Shown here one piece after another: positions 1 through 8,115 of a DNA stretch of 61,706 bases (its first letter is position 1; each line of letters opens with the position of its first letter). The translations under genes and the position numbers were made by a program. The DNA lies in NCBI GenBank assembly GCA_028712155.1, contig JAQTQO010000004.1, positions 1-61,706 of the forward strand. Reading direction: 5' to 3'. Under the pieces are notes generated by a model, which was not told where the DNA came from, made no database searches, and saw only the letters and a program-made list of their open reading frames with translations. This stretch comes from Patescibacteria group bacterium. GTDB lineage: Bacteria > Patescibacteriota > Patescibacteriia > Buchananbacterales > GWA2-38-13.

Positions 1-156
1 TACACCCCGGAAATCAAGCGCAGCCTCTGGATCCAGGACGTACTCTACACTTTTTCCGACCAGTACGTGAAAGCGAACCGCATCTCCGATCTCGACGAGC
101 TGAAATTCCTCAAACTTGAAAAAGAGCCGACCAACGACTACAACATCATCAATTGA
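1..156 (+). CDS. 3' end of an unidentified CDS (start lies upstream of the window)
   Basis: Frame 1 is open from the window edge to TGA 154-156 (...DELKFLKLEKEPTNDYNIIN*). A hairpin terminator follows. Confidence 0.45.
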   Translation, partial: YTPEIKRSLWIQDVLYTFSDQYVKANRISDLDELKFLKLEKEPTNDYNIIN

Positions 157-181
157 ACTCGTAAGAAAACAGAACGTGAAA

Positions 182-204
182 ACCTCCGCTACCGCGGGGG
201 TTTT
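182..204 (+). terminator. intrinsic terminator
   Basis: 8-bp stem ACCTCCGC/GCGGGGGT, 4-nt loop, then TTTT. Confidence 0.5.
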
Positions 205-210
205 CCATTA

Positions 211-239
211 TTGCGGTCTTTACATTCTCTCGGTACACT
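211..239 (+). promoter_or_regulatory. sigma70-like promoter, probably giving a leaderless mRNA
   Basis: TTGCGG-17 nt-TACACT. The -10 ends 9 nt before ATG 249 and there is no SD. Confidence 0.4.
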
Positions 240-248
240 ACCTCATAT

Positions 249-1025
249 ATGAAGAAGCCGCCCAACACTTCGTGGGGGGAATTCGCCGAATGGTACCATA
301 CGCTGCTGGAGTACGACGCGGATTCCTACCAGCGGGCCGTGATTTTGCCCAACCTCTTGCGCCTCCTCGACCTGCAACCGGGCGACACCGTGCTTGATGT
401 CGCCTGCGGACAGGGCTTTTTCACCCGGCAGTTCTGGCAAGCCGGCGCCAACGTGATCGGTACGGATATCGCGCCGGAACTGATTGCACTGGCGAAAAAA
501 AATATCCCGCGCGCAACGGGTAGGCCAGCGATCACCTTCCAGGTCGCACCGGCCAACAACCTCGCGTTCGCCAAAGAAAAAAGTGTAGATAAGGCGACCG
601 TCATCTTAGCCATCCAAAACATCGAGGATATCGACGGAACGCTGCGGGAATGCCGCCGCGTCTTGAAACCCGGCGGAGGTCTGTACCTCGTGCTCAACCA
701 CCCCGCCTTCCGCATCCCCAAGGGCAGCGCCTGGGGCTACGACGAAAACGCAAAGGTTCAATACCGGCGCATGGACCGCTACCTGTCGGAAGCGCGCATT
801 AAAATTCAGATGCACCCGGGGGATGACCCCCAGCAGCACACCGTGACGTTCCATCGGCCGCTGCAACTGTATTTCAAATCGCTCACCCGCCATGGATTCT
901 GCGTCCGGCGGCTCGAGGAATGGATTTCTCATCGCAAAAGCCAGACCGGACCGCGGGCGGCGGCCGAAGACCGTGCGCGCAAAGAAATTCCCCTCTTCCT
1001 CGCCCTGGAAGCTATCGTGCGCTGA
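249..1025 (+). CDS. class I SAM-dependent methyltransferase
   Basis: Motif I VLDVACGQGFF, LKPGG motif, 258 aa. Confidence 0.85.
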   Translation: MKKPPNTSWGEFAEWYHTLLEYDADSYQRAVILPNLLRLLDLQPGDTVLDVACGQGFFTRQFWQAGANVIGTDIAPELIALAKKNIPRATGRPAITFQVAPANNLAFAKEKSVDKATVILAIQNIEDIDGTLRECRRVLKPGGGLYLVLNHPAFRIPKGSAWGYDENAKVQYRRMDRYLSEARIKIQMHPGDDPQQHTVTFHRPLQLYFKSLTRHGFCVRRLEEWISHRKSQTGPRAAAEDRARKEIPLFLALEAIVR

Positions 1026-1085
1026 AACTATCCAAAAAAACCGTTCCGACGATGCGGGTTGAACGCGCATCGTTTTTCTTTCCGG

Positions 1086-1114
1086 TTGACAAAAGTGAAA
1101 TGAGCTGCTAGAAT
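1086..1114 (+). promoter_or_regulatory. sigma70-like promoter
   Basis: TTGACA-17 nt-TAGAAT. Confidence 0.6.
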
Positions 1115-1167
1115 GCATCCTCCGTCAACGCCTGCTCTTTGCGGCAACCAGAAAGGATTGGTACGGG

Positions 1168-1377
1168 ATGTGGAAAAATGTCGTCTGGCTTGGGCTTGGG
1201 TTTTCGCCGGGCATCATCGCGCTCGGCCACTCGTTCTACCAAGAAATCGGCGTGCCGGGCCTCATGCTCTTGGCGCTCATACTCGTGCTCATCGTCATAC
1301 CGGTCGTCGCCCTGCTCACCATGGGCAAACCTCAACCCCTCCCGCTTCCGCCGACGCAAGTCCGCGATCCGCAGTAG
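1168..1377 (+). CDS. small (69 aa) two-helix membrane protein, monocistronic
   Basis: ATG preceded by AAAGGA. Hydrophobic sequence, bracketed by consensus promoter 1086 and terminator 1406. Confidence 0.55.
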   Translation: MWKNVVWLGLGFSPGIIALGHSFYQEIGVPGLMLLALILVLIVIPVVALLTMGKPQPLPLPPTQVRDPQ

Positions 1378-1405
1378 CGGCGGTAACAGCCGCCACTCCT
1401 CTCGG

Positions 1406-1436
1406 GGTCCGTCACACAACTGGCGGACCTTTTTTT
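1406..1436 (+). terminator. intrinsic terminator
   Basis: GGTCCG/CGGACC stem, 12-nt loop, T7 run. Confidence 0.6.
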
Positions 1437-1442
1437 ACTGAC

Positions 1443-1471
1443 TTGAACATTAACATCCTCCGCGCTATCGT
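1443..1471 (+). promoter_or_regulatory. sigma70-like promoter
   Basis: TTGAAC-17 nt-TATCGT. Confidence 0.45.
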
Positions 1472-1540
1472 AAACCTAGGATAAAGATAACGGAATTACC
1501 GCAATTAATTGGCCATGAACCGCCAGGGGAGAACTCGCCT

Positions 1541-2152
1541 ATGCGCGCATTCGATCAGCTCGCTGATGAAGCGACCACACAAAAAACCATCATCGCGCTC
1601 CAGCATAACGGCATAGCCGCGCTCGTGATGGAGGACGGCGCGGCCGCGAAACAAAAGGTGCTGGAATTGATACCAGCGGGCGCCGAAGTTATGAACATGA
1701 CCTCGGTTACGCTTGACGCGATTGGCCTGGCCGCCGAGCTCACCTCCGACCGCTTCCGCTCGGTGCGAAAACAGCTCGAAGGGATGGACCGCAAAATCCA
1801 GGGCGCGCAGATGCAAAAACTCGGCGCGGCACCGGAGTGGGCCGTCGGATCGGTGCACGCGGTCACCGAAGACGGCCAGGTGCTGATCGCTTCCAATACC
1901 GGCAGTCAGTTGCCGGCCTACGCCTATGGCGCTGCGCACGTCATTTGGGTGGTCGGTACGCAGAAGATCGTCGCCGATAATGCGGCCGGCCTGCGGCGCA
2001 TCCACGAATACTGCCTGCCGCTGGAAAGCGAACGGGCAAAAATTGCTTACCATACACAAGGGAGCGCGGTACGCAAAGTGCTCACCATCAGCCAAGAAAT
2101 CCGGCCCGGCCGCATCACCCTGATCCTCGTCGGGGAACGGCTCGGCTTCTGA
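1541..2152 (+). CDS. LUD (lactate utilisation C-like, DUF162) domain protein
   Basis: 203 aa. SD AGGGGAG 9 nt upstream. Overall LutC/YkgG-like sequence pattern. Confidence 0.65.
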   Translation: MRAFDQLADEATTQKTIIALQHNGIAALVMEDGAAAKQKVLELIPAGAEVMNMTSVTLDAIGLAAELTSDRFRSVRKQLEGMDRKIQGAQMQKLGAAPEWAVGSVHAVTEDGQVLIASNTGSQLPAYAYGAAHVIWVVGTQKIVADNAAGLRRIHEYCLPLESERAKIAYHTQGSAVRKVLTISQEIRPGRITLILVGERLGF

Positions 2153-2224
2153 GCGGACCTCCGATTCCCACCGCTTGGTGAACGGGGGTGGTCTTTGGTA
2201 TAATTGTATGGAGACATAAATGAT

Positions 2225-2902
2225 ATGTTGGAAACTATCCCGGGATTGCCGGCGTCTATTCTCCTGAATTGGCTCGCCGCCCTCCTATACATACTTACCG
2301 CCCTGCTGGCGTTCGGCACTTTCCTGATGGAACGCTCCGAACTCAACCGGGGGTTGCTCGTTTTCCTGACGAGCATGGCGTTTGCACTCGGATTTATCGG
2401 AGTGGCCGAATACACGAAAACTCCGCTGCTCATGGGCGCCATGGTGGTGGCGGTTTTTGCCGGCGGTTCATTCCTGCTCCGGCTACCCTGCTCCCTCATC
2501 CCGCAACCCGCGCGCCGGATGGTGTACGCAACCATCCTGGCAATCACCGGAGTCCTGGCGGCCGGCGTTATTCTGGTGCCGACATTGCAGCCATTCCTCC
2601 CCCGGGTCACGACGTGGTATCTCATGATAGTCAACGGCGTCATCAACGGCCTCTACCTCTTCACGATCGGCTTGCGCTCGAAGCTCGCGTCCGTACGCAT
2701 CAAAGCAGCCGGCGGCGGCGTGGGAATCATCTTTGCGAGCCTCGCCGCACCCGTGGCTGCCGCCGCGGGGGCAACCGCGGCTACCAGCACGGCCTTTCAT
2801 TTCCTGGCGCCACTCATTATCATCTTCACCCTCATCGCCGGCCAGTATATCGGGTACCGACCGCCGCAGGGAGCCGCACGATCGCTGACGCCAACCGCCT
2901 AA
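2225..2902 (+). CDS. polytopic membrane protein, unknown function
   Basis: About 6 hydrophobic helices. The track ORF starts at TTG 2204, but that codon overlaps a TGgTATAAT -10 box (2196-2204), so the first in-frame ATG 2225 is preferred. Confidence 0.55.
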   Translation: MLETIPGLPASILLNWLAALLYILTALLAFGTFLMERSELNRGLLVFLTSMAFALGFIGVAEYTKTPLLMGAMVVAVFAGGSFLLRLPCSLIPQPARRMVYATILAITGVLAAGVILVPTLQPFLPRVTTWYLMIVNGVINGLYLFTIGLRSKLASVRIKAAGGGVGIIFASLAAPVAAAAGATAATSTAFHFLAPLIIIFTLIAGQYIGYRPPQGAARSLTPTA

Positions 2903-2906
2903 CCCC

Positions 2907-4031
2907 ATGGCCCCACCCTCCGCCAACGATTCGGCGAAAGCCCGGAAAGTGAAAACCGTTCTCGCCAACGGCCGCAAAGCTCCGGCCGCTCCGGGCATTG
3001 ATTTTGGCGCCGCACTCCTCTACTGTCTCGGCGGCCTCATCGGTTTTCTCACCTCGTTGTTCTTTCTGTTCCCGGGCATCACCAGCCGAGGCGAACAAAT
3101 GTCGCTCGCGGAATGGCTGCGGCAAACGACCCCCGATTCGCTGGTGGCGATCATCGGTTTTGTCACCGCCGGCGTGGCACTGGCAGGCATCATCGTTGCG
3201 CGCGGGCACGCGCGGCAGCAGGCCGAACGGATTGCGACATTGGAAGAAATTATCGGCACCAAAACCGAGCTCATTTCCACCATCACGCACCAGATGCGCA
3301 CGCCCTTGACTTCGGTGAAGTACGCGACCAAGATGTTTCTCAGCGGCGATTTCGGTGAAATCACCGACGAGCAGCGCTCGATCCTGGGGAGCATCTACAG
3401 CAGCGTGGAAAATCTCACCACGCTGACGCAGGATTTTCTGGACGCATCGAAACTGGACAGCGGAACGCTCGAAATCGTCTGCAAGCGCCATCTGCTGGCG
3501 GAAATCGAGCGCGGGATCGTCGGTACGATCGACCGGTTGAAACCGATGGCCGAAGACAAGAAGGTCGCGCTCCGCGATACCGTCAAACTCGACGGCAAGC
3601 GCGCAATGACCGGCGATCTGGCGAAGATCAGCCAAGTGGTGGAGAACATGATTGAGAACGCCATTGTCTACACACCGGCGGGCGGCAAGGTGCACGTCCG
3701 CGCCGGGAGCGACGAACACAATTTCACGGTCGCGGTCACCGACAGCGGCATCGGCATTCCCCCGGGCGAGCAAGCTAAAGTTTTCAGCAAGTATTTCCGC
3801 GCTTCCAACGCACGCGCCACTACCAGTACCGGCAGCGGCATCGGCCTGTACCTCGGCCGGCGCTACATCGAGGCGCAACACGGAAAAATCTGGTTCACCT
3901 CATCGCCGGGCAAAGGGAGCACGTTCACCTTTGCCATCCCGCTCAGTCCGGAAAGCGAAGCGGAAGAATTTCTCACCCGCGTTCAGCCGACGGCCGCCGG
4001 AACGGTTGAATCCCATCGCATCCGCATATGA
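2907..4031 (+). CDS. sensor histidine kinase (orphan, two N-terminal TM helices)
   Basis: H-box ITHQMRTPL, N-box ENAIVYTP, G-boxes DSGIGIP and GSGIGLYL. Confidence 0.9.
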   Translation: MAPPSANDSAKARKVKTVLANGRKAPAAPGIDFGAALLYCLGGLIGFLTSLFFLFPGITSRGEQMSLAEWLRQTTPDSLVAIIGFVTAGVALAGIIVARGHARQQAERIATLEEIIGTKTELISTITHQMRTPLTSVKYATKMFLSGDFGEITDEQRSILGSIYSSVENLTTLTQDFLDASKLDSGTLEIVCKRHLLAEIERGIVGTIDRLKPMAEDKKVALRDTVKLDGKRAMTGDLAKISQVVENMIENAIVYTPAGGKVHVRAGSDEHNFTVAVTDSGIGIPPGEQAKVFSKYFRASNARATTSTGSGIGLYLGRRYIEAQHGKIWFTSSPGKGSTFTFAIPLSPESEAEEFLTRVQPTAAGTVESHRIRI

Positions 4032-4963
4032 TCCAGTTCCTCATCGTCATCCTCGGCCTCTGCCTGTTTGAGGTTATTTCGAGCGTCGACAACGCCATCA
4101 TCAATGCCCATGTCCTCAAGACCATGCCGGAGCGGTTCCGGAAGATCTTTTTGGTTTGGGGGCTGCTGATCGCCGTATTCATCGTCCGCGGAGTGCTGCC
4201 GTTTATTATCGTCTGGATCGCTAACCCCGCGCTCTCGCTGTGGCAGGTCATCACGTTCACGTTCTCGCAAAATTCTGAAATTGAAAAGTACGTCGAGCAC
4301 TCCAAACCGCTGCTGCTGCTCGGCGGCGGCGTGTACCTGGTATTCGTCTGCCTGTCCTGGTTGTTCCTGGAAGAAAAGAAATACGCCTTCTTGGTTGAGG
4401 GCTTTATCCACCGCCAATCCATGTGGTTTTACGCGTTCTCGTCGCTCCTCATCACCGGTGTCATCGCTATCGCACTGAAGATCAACCCCATGCTGGCGCT
4501 CTCTGCCTCGATCGGATCGACGGCGTTCTTCATCTCCGACGGCTTCAAGAAGAACGCCGAGACGCAGGAAAAAAGATTACTTTCGGGCAACATGAGCGCG
4601 TGGAGCAAAATCCTCTACCTCGAGGTGCTCGACGCGTCGTTCTCCATTGACGGCGTCATCGGCGCATTCGCGTTCACCATTTCGGTCCCGCTCATCCTGC
4701 TGGGCAACGGTCTGGGCGCGCTCGTGGTACGGGAGGTCACCATCCGCGGCATTGATGTCATATCAAAATTCGCGTACCTCAAAAACGGCGCCATGTACTC
4801 CATCGGCATGCTGGGCGGTTTGATGATTTTTGAAAGCTTCGGCCATGAGTTTCCATTCTGGATCGCGCCGCTCAACACGTTCCTCTTGCTCGGCGTATTC
4901 CTCTACCTATCCTACCGCGAGATCCGCGCGGCGGAAAAGCGGCCCGCGCCGCGGCGCGCCTAG
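4028..4963 (+). CDS. DUF475 (TerC-related) integral membrane protein
   Basis: SSVDNAIINA and SFSIDGVIGAF motifs. ATGA overlap with the kinase stop. Confidence 0.7.
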   Translation: MIQFLIVILGLCLFEVISSVDNAIINAHVLKTMPERFRKIFLVWGLLIAVFIVRGVLPFIIVWIANPALSLWQVITFTFSQNSEIEKYVEHSKPLLLLGGGVYLVFVCLSWLFLEEKKYAFLVEGFIHRQSMWFYAFSSLLITGVIAIALKINPMLALSASIGSTAFFISDGFKKNAETQEKRLLSGNMSAWSKILYLEVLDASFSIDGVIGAFAFTISVPLILLGNGLGALVVREVTIRGIDVISKFAYLKNGAMYSIGMLGGLMIFESFGHEFPFWIAPLNTFLLLGVFLYLSYREIRAAEKRPAPRRA

Positions 4964-4982
4964 CCCAACCCGCAAACTGGAC

Positions 4983-5015
4983 ATCGGCCCCGCCAAGCCG
5001 GAGCCGATTTTTTTC
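4983..5015 (+). terminator. intrinsic terminator
   Basis: ATCGGC/GCCGAT stem followed by a T7 run. Confidence 0.5.
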
Positions 5016-5042
5016 TGATTCGGTGTTACAATACTAAAAGGT

Positions 5043-5942
5043 ATGGGTACACACGCGGTCAAAAAAATGATCGGCACCGACGGCGCGGGCAAACGCCTGG
5101 ACAAATGGCTCAAAATTATTCTGCCGGCGTTCACCCGCCACGACATCAAAGAATCCATCGCGGTCGGATTGGTACTGGTCAATGGCCGCACGGTTGCGCC
5201 GTTTGCAGTGCTGAAATCCGGCGACGCGGTTTCCGGAGTTGTCCGCACGTTCGGCACACTCACCCTTCGCGGCAATCCCGCGGTCCCCTTCTCCGTTGTT
5301 CACGAAACCAAAGATTTCTTGGTGGTGGACAAACCTGCCGGTGTGGCCGTCACCCCGGATGCGAAAAACCAGCGCACGTCACTCGTGAATGGCTTGCTCT
5401 CTCGCTATCCCCAAATGCGCCGCGAATTTTTGGGCGCCGCGTACCTCGGCGTCGTGCAGCGGCTCGACAAACCGGCGTCGGGATTGATGGTGGTTGCAAA
5501 GACCATGCCGGCATTCCGCACGCTGATGGCTGCCATGCGCGAGGGAAAAATTTTTAAACAGTACCGCGTGCGCGTGGAGGGCAACATTGAACTAGACAAT
5601 GGAACGATTACAGTGCCGCTGGCACGGCAGCGAAAAGGAAAATTGTTGAAAGTGACTCCTCGGCGTGACGGCAAGCCGGCGACCACACACTACCGCGTGG
5701 TCGCGCGGAGCAATGATTTCACCGACGTGGATGTGCGCACCGAGAGCGGCCGCACCCACCAAATTCGCGTGCACTTTGCAGACATCGGTCATCCGGTGGT
5801 CGGCGACCGGCTGTACGGCAAGCAGCGCGACGGCAGTAGTCGGCTGATGCTCCACGCCTCTGAACTGACTTTCCCGTTCGGCGGAAAACTGCACCATTTC
5901 ACACTCCCGCTGCCGGAAGAATTCAAAAAGACTAACGGATAA
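5043..5942 (+). CDS. rluD: RluA-family 23S rRNA pseudouridine synthase (RluD-like, N-terminal S4 domain)
   Basis: VHRLDKPASG-like VQRLDKPASGL and GRTHQIRVH motifs. Confidence 0.85.
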   Translation: MGTHAVKKMIGTDGAGKRLDKWLKIILPAFTRHDIKESIAVGLVLVNGRTVAPFAVLKSGDAVSGVVRTFGTLTLRGNPAVPFSVVHETKDFLVVDKPAGVAVTPDAKNQRTSLVNGLLSRYPQMRREFLGAAYLGVVQRLDKPASGLMVVAKTMPAFRTLMAAMREGKIFKQYRVRVEGNIELDNGTITVPLARQRKGKLLKVTPRRDGKPATTHYRVVARSNDFTDVDVRTESGRTHQIRVHFADIGHPVVGDRLYGKQRDGSSRLMLHASELTFPFGGKLHHFTLPLPEEFKKTNG

Positions 5943-5983
5943 AATAACATATCCGCTTAGGCGGCGATACAAACAGCGTGCCC

Positions 5984-6047
5984 GGGGTGGGGTTGGTAGG
6001 GGAAGGGGGCGGGCTTCGCAACTCTGAGCCCCCTACCCCTACCGAAC
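5984..6047 (+). other. G-tract/C-tract palindromic element (G-quadruplex-capable hairpin)
   Basis: GGGGTGGGGTTGGTAGGGGAAGGGGGCGGG, then CCCCCTACCCCTACC 20 nt later as an imperfect complement. Confidence 0.6.
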
Positions 6048-6088
6048 GTCAATCGACGTGTTCGTAGCAATGTGAGAGGGCAGTGAAT

Positions 6089-6892
6089 ATGAAAACTATC
6101 ATCATCACCAAATCTCGGGTACGCCTACCGCGCAGGCAAAAAGACTCGCGCAAAGGCGACAACGGCCGCGTGCTGGTCATCGGCGGCTCGCCCGAATACA
6201 TCGGCGCGCCGGCATTGGCGGGCATTGCGGCGCTGCGTTCGGGCGCCGACTCGGTCGTAGTCGCGGCACCGGAGAAAGTCGCCTGGGCGATCAATTGTCT
6301 GTCGCCGGATTTGGTGACAAAAAAATTGCCGGGCCGATTCCTCAGCCCGCGCCACTTCTCTGCACTTCAGAAAATGGCGGCTACCGCTGACTGCGTGCTG
6401 ATTGGCGGTGGCGTACACCCCCGGCCGCCGTCGCTTGCCTTGATAAAAAAATTCGCCGGCACATTTGCCGGGTTCAAAATCCTGGATGCCGCGGCAATCA
6501 CCGCGTTTGATCGCGTCAAACTACGGAATGCGATTCTGACACCCAATACTTGCGAATACGAACACCTGCAGCAGTATGCCGACATTCGTCAGCTGGTGGC
6601 ACGCGGAAATATTGTCGTTGCCAAAAGCTGGCGGACAACAATTTATTCAATGCACGGCACCTACGAAAACCGCACGGGCAATCCAGGGTTAACCAAAGCC
6701 GGCACCGGCGACGTACTCGCCGGCCTGATCGCCGGTTTCACTGCGCAGTCTAAAGACCAGCTGCAATCGGCCATCAATGCCGTCTACTATCTCGGATTAC
6801 TTGGGGATGCGTTACTGAAAAAGAAAAAGGGGTATTTCTACCTCGCGTCGGATCTCGCCCAAGAAACACGGCGCATCAAAACCGAAAAATAA
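6089..6892 (+). CDS. nnrD: ADP/ATP-dependent NAD(P)H-hydrate dehydratase
   Basis: GDNGRVLVIGGS and GTGDVLAGLIAG motifs. ATG 6089 has SD GAGAGGG (the track start is GTG 6083). Confidence 0.85.
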   Translation: MKTIIITKSRVRLPRRQKDSRKGDNGRVLVIGGSPEYIGAPALAGIAALRSGADSVVVAAPEKVAWAINCLSPDLVTKKLPGRFLSPRHFSALQKMAATADCVLIGGGVHPRPPSLALIKKFAGTFAGFKILDAAAITAFDRVKLRNAILTPNTCEYEHLQQYADIRQLVARGNIVVAKSWRTTIYSMHGTYENRTGNPGLTKAGTGDVLAGLIAGFTAQSKDQLQSAINAVYYLGLLGDALLKKKKGYFYLASDLAQETRRIKTEK

Positions 6893-6929
6893 AGAAAGGA
6901 GCCTCGAAAAGCAAATGCTCTCGAGGCTC
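6885..6929 (-). terminator. intrinsic terminator of the minus-strand RNA gene
   Basis: GAGCCUCGA/UCGAGGCUC stem followed on the minus strand by CUUUCUUUAUUUUU. It overlaps the nnrD stop. Confidence 0.65.
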
Positions 6930-7260
6930 GATAGGCAAGGTTTTGTATCCTTGAAACTTCCGGCACAGGCAGTAAAGCTGCCTCCCGGAGATCCTCGCGA
7001 CCATGGGGCCGCGGACGATCCAGAAACATCTCGGTGCTGGGGTACTCTCTCCTCGATAACAACCGAGGATAGTGCCTCACGCACAGGGGGAATCTATTTG
7101 TTCCCAACCTTTCCCGATGTTCCCTTTATCCCCGGAACGTTCAGTAAACTCACGTGGACCGATACTCCTGCCTTGCCCAAGCAGGTAGGGGTTACTAGTT
7201 TGCCACCGTGGTGGCAGGTAACCCAGCCCAGAGTTTAAAAGAACAGGGGAATGAATCGTG
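6893..7260 (-). ncRNA. unassigned ~365-nt structured RNA (family not recognised)
   Basis: Own consensus promoter and terminator, many local helices, no credible ORF. Confidence 0.55.
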
Positions 7261-7266
7261 ATAGTA

Positions 7267-7295
7267 ATAATACACCATTATTGAAATTTTGTCAA
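7267..7295 (-). promoter_or_regulatory. sigma70-like promoter of the RNA gene
   Basis: Minus strand TTGACA-17 nt-TATTAT. Confidence 0.65.
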
Positions 7296-7379
7296 GAGAA
7301 ATTCAGAATATTTATCTATTTTTTGCCTTCATTGACAGAAAATATATACATCATCAAATATTGAAAAATTCCATAACAT

Positions 7380-8090
7380 ATGGGAGACACAATCGCGCCA
7401 CCACCAATTGCTCCCCGAAAAGATCAAGTTGCGGGAAATGGCCAACCGGATGCAAACGGGTGGCAAAAATGGGTACGGAATGGCGCTTTTTCCCTCGCCT
7501 TTGGAGTCACGGTAGTACTTTCCAGCGCCAATATCGTGATTTTTAACCCCGCAATTCAGCAGCTGATTTTGACCACCGCGCCGGTCGCCGAGTTCAGTGT
7601 GCAAGAACGGCTGCAGGAGACACAAACGCTCCTACGATATTTCCGCACGCGCAACGATCACTTGCTCTCCGGCTACTCCGAAGATGAGCGTGCGCACCTC
7701 GCGGAAGTCGCCGGCGTATTCAACGTCGGACGATGGCTGCTCATCGTCAGCGCGACCGTGACGGCGCTGCTGGCGGGGTGGACCCTCCGTCGCTACGGCT
7801 GGACGGCGCTGCGCCGGATGATTTGGCACGCGGCCCGCATCTCCGGCTGGGTATTTTTGGTGCTCCTGGCGCTGGGACTCTTGAACTTCGAACAATGGTT
7901 TGTCGGCATCCATCCGCTGCTGTTTCACGCCGCACCCTGGGCCTTTAACCCTGAGGTGAGCAAACTGGTCAACATTTTTCCTGAAGAATATTTCCGCAAC
8001 GCAACCGCGGCGATTCTCATCATGACCGCAGCCGTCAGCTGGGGGCTGCGACTGGCCTCCAAAGAGTCAACAAAACGGCGCCCGGTGTAA
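7380..8090 (+). CDS. TIGR01906/DUF1461-like integral membrane protein
   Basis: Four or five TM helices. Loop with E..H..EV motif (EDERAHLAEVAGVF) typical of the family. Confidence 0.5.
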   Translation: MGDTIAPPPIAPRKDQVAGNGQPDANGWQKWVRNGAFSLAFGVTVVLSSANIVIFNPAIQQLILTTAPVAEFSVQERLQETQTLLRYFRTRNDHLLSGYSEDERAHLAEVAGVFNVGRWLLIVSATVTALLAGWTLRRYGWTALRRMIWHAARISGWVFLVLLALGLLNFEQWFVGIHPLLFHAAPWAFNPEVSKLVNIFPEEYFRNATAAILIMTAAVSWGLRLASKESTKRRPV

Positions 8091-8099
8091 GGGGCGCCG
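8076..8099. terminator. shared hairpin terminator between convergent genes
   Basis: CGGCGCCC/GGGCGCCG stem. TTTTGTTG follows on the minus strand (typA side). Confidence 0.5.
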
Positions 8100-8115
8100 T
8101 AATTCTTGAAGATAA

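Noticed and set aside
6915-7238. 107-aa plus-strand ORF and two ~90-aa minus-strand ORFs inside the RNA gene region
   Set aside because: None has an SD. The minus-strand ORFs read through the terminator into nnrD antisense. The region is better explained by the promoter-to-terminator RNA unit.
6893-7260. Assignment of the 365-nt RNA to RNase P RNA, tmRNA or SRP RNA
   Set aside because: Only weak P4-like strings are present, and in the wrong order relative to the long-range helix. There is no tRNA-like acceptor/T-arm, no tag ORF ending in a stop, and no GGAAGCAGC SRP motif. It is left unassigned rather than named.
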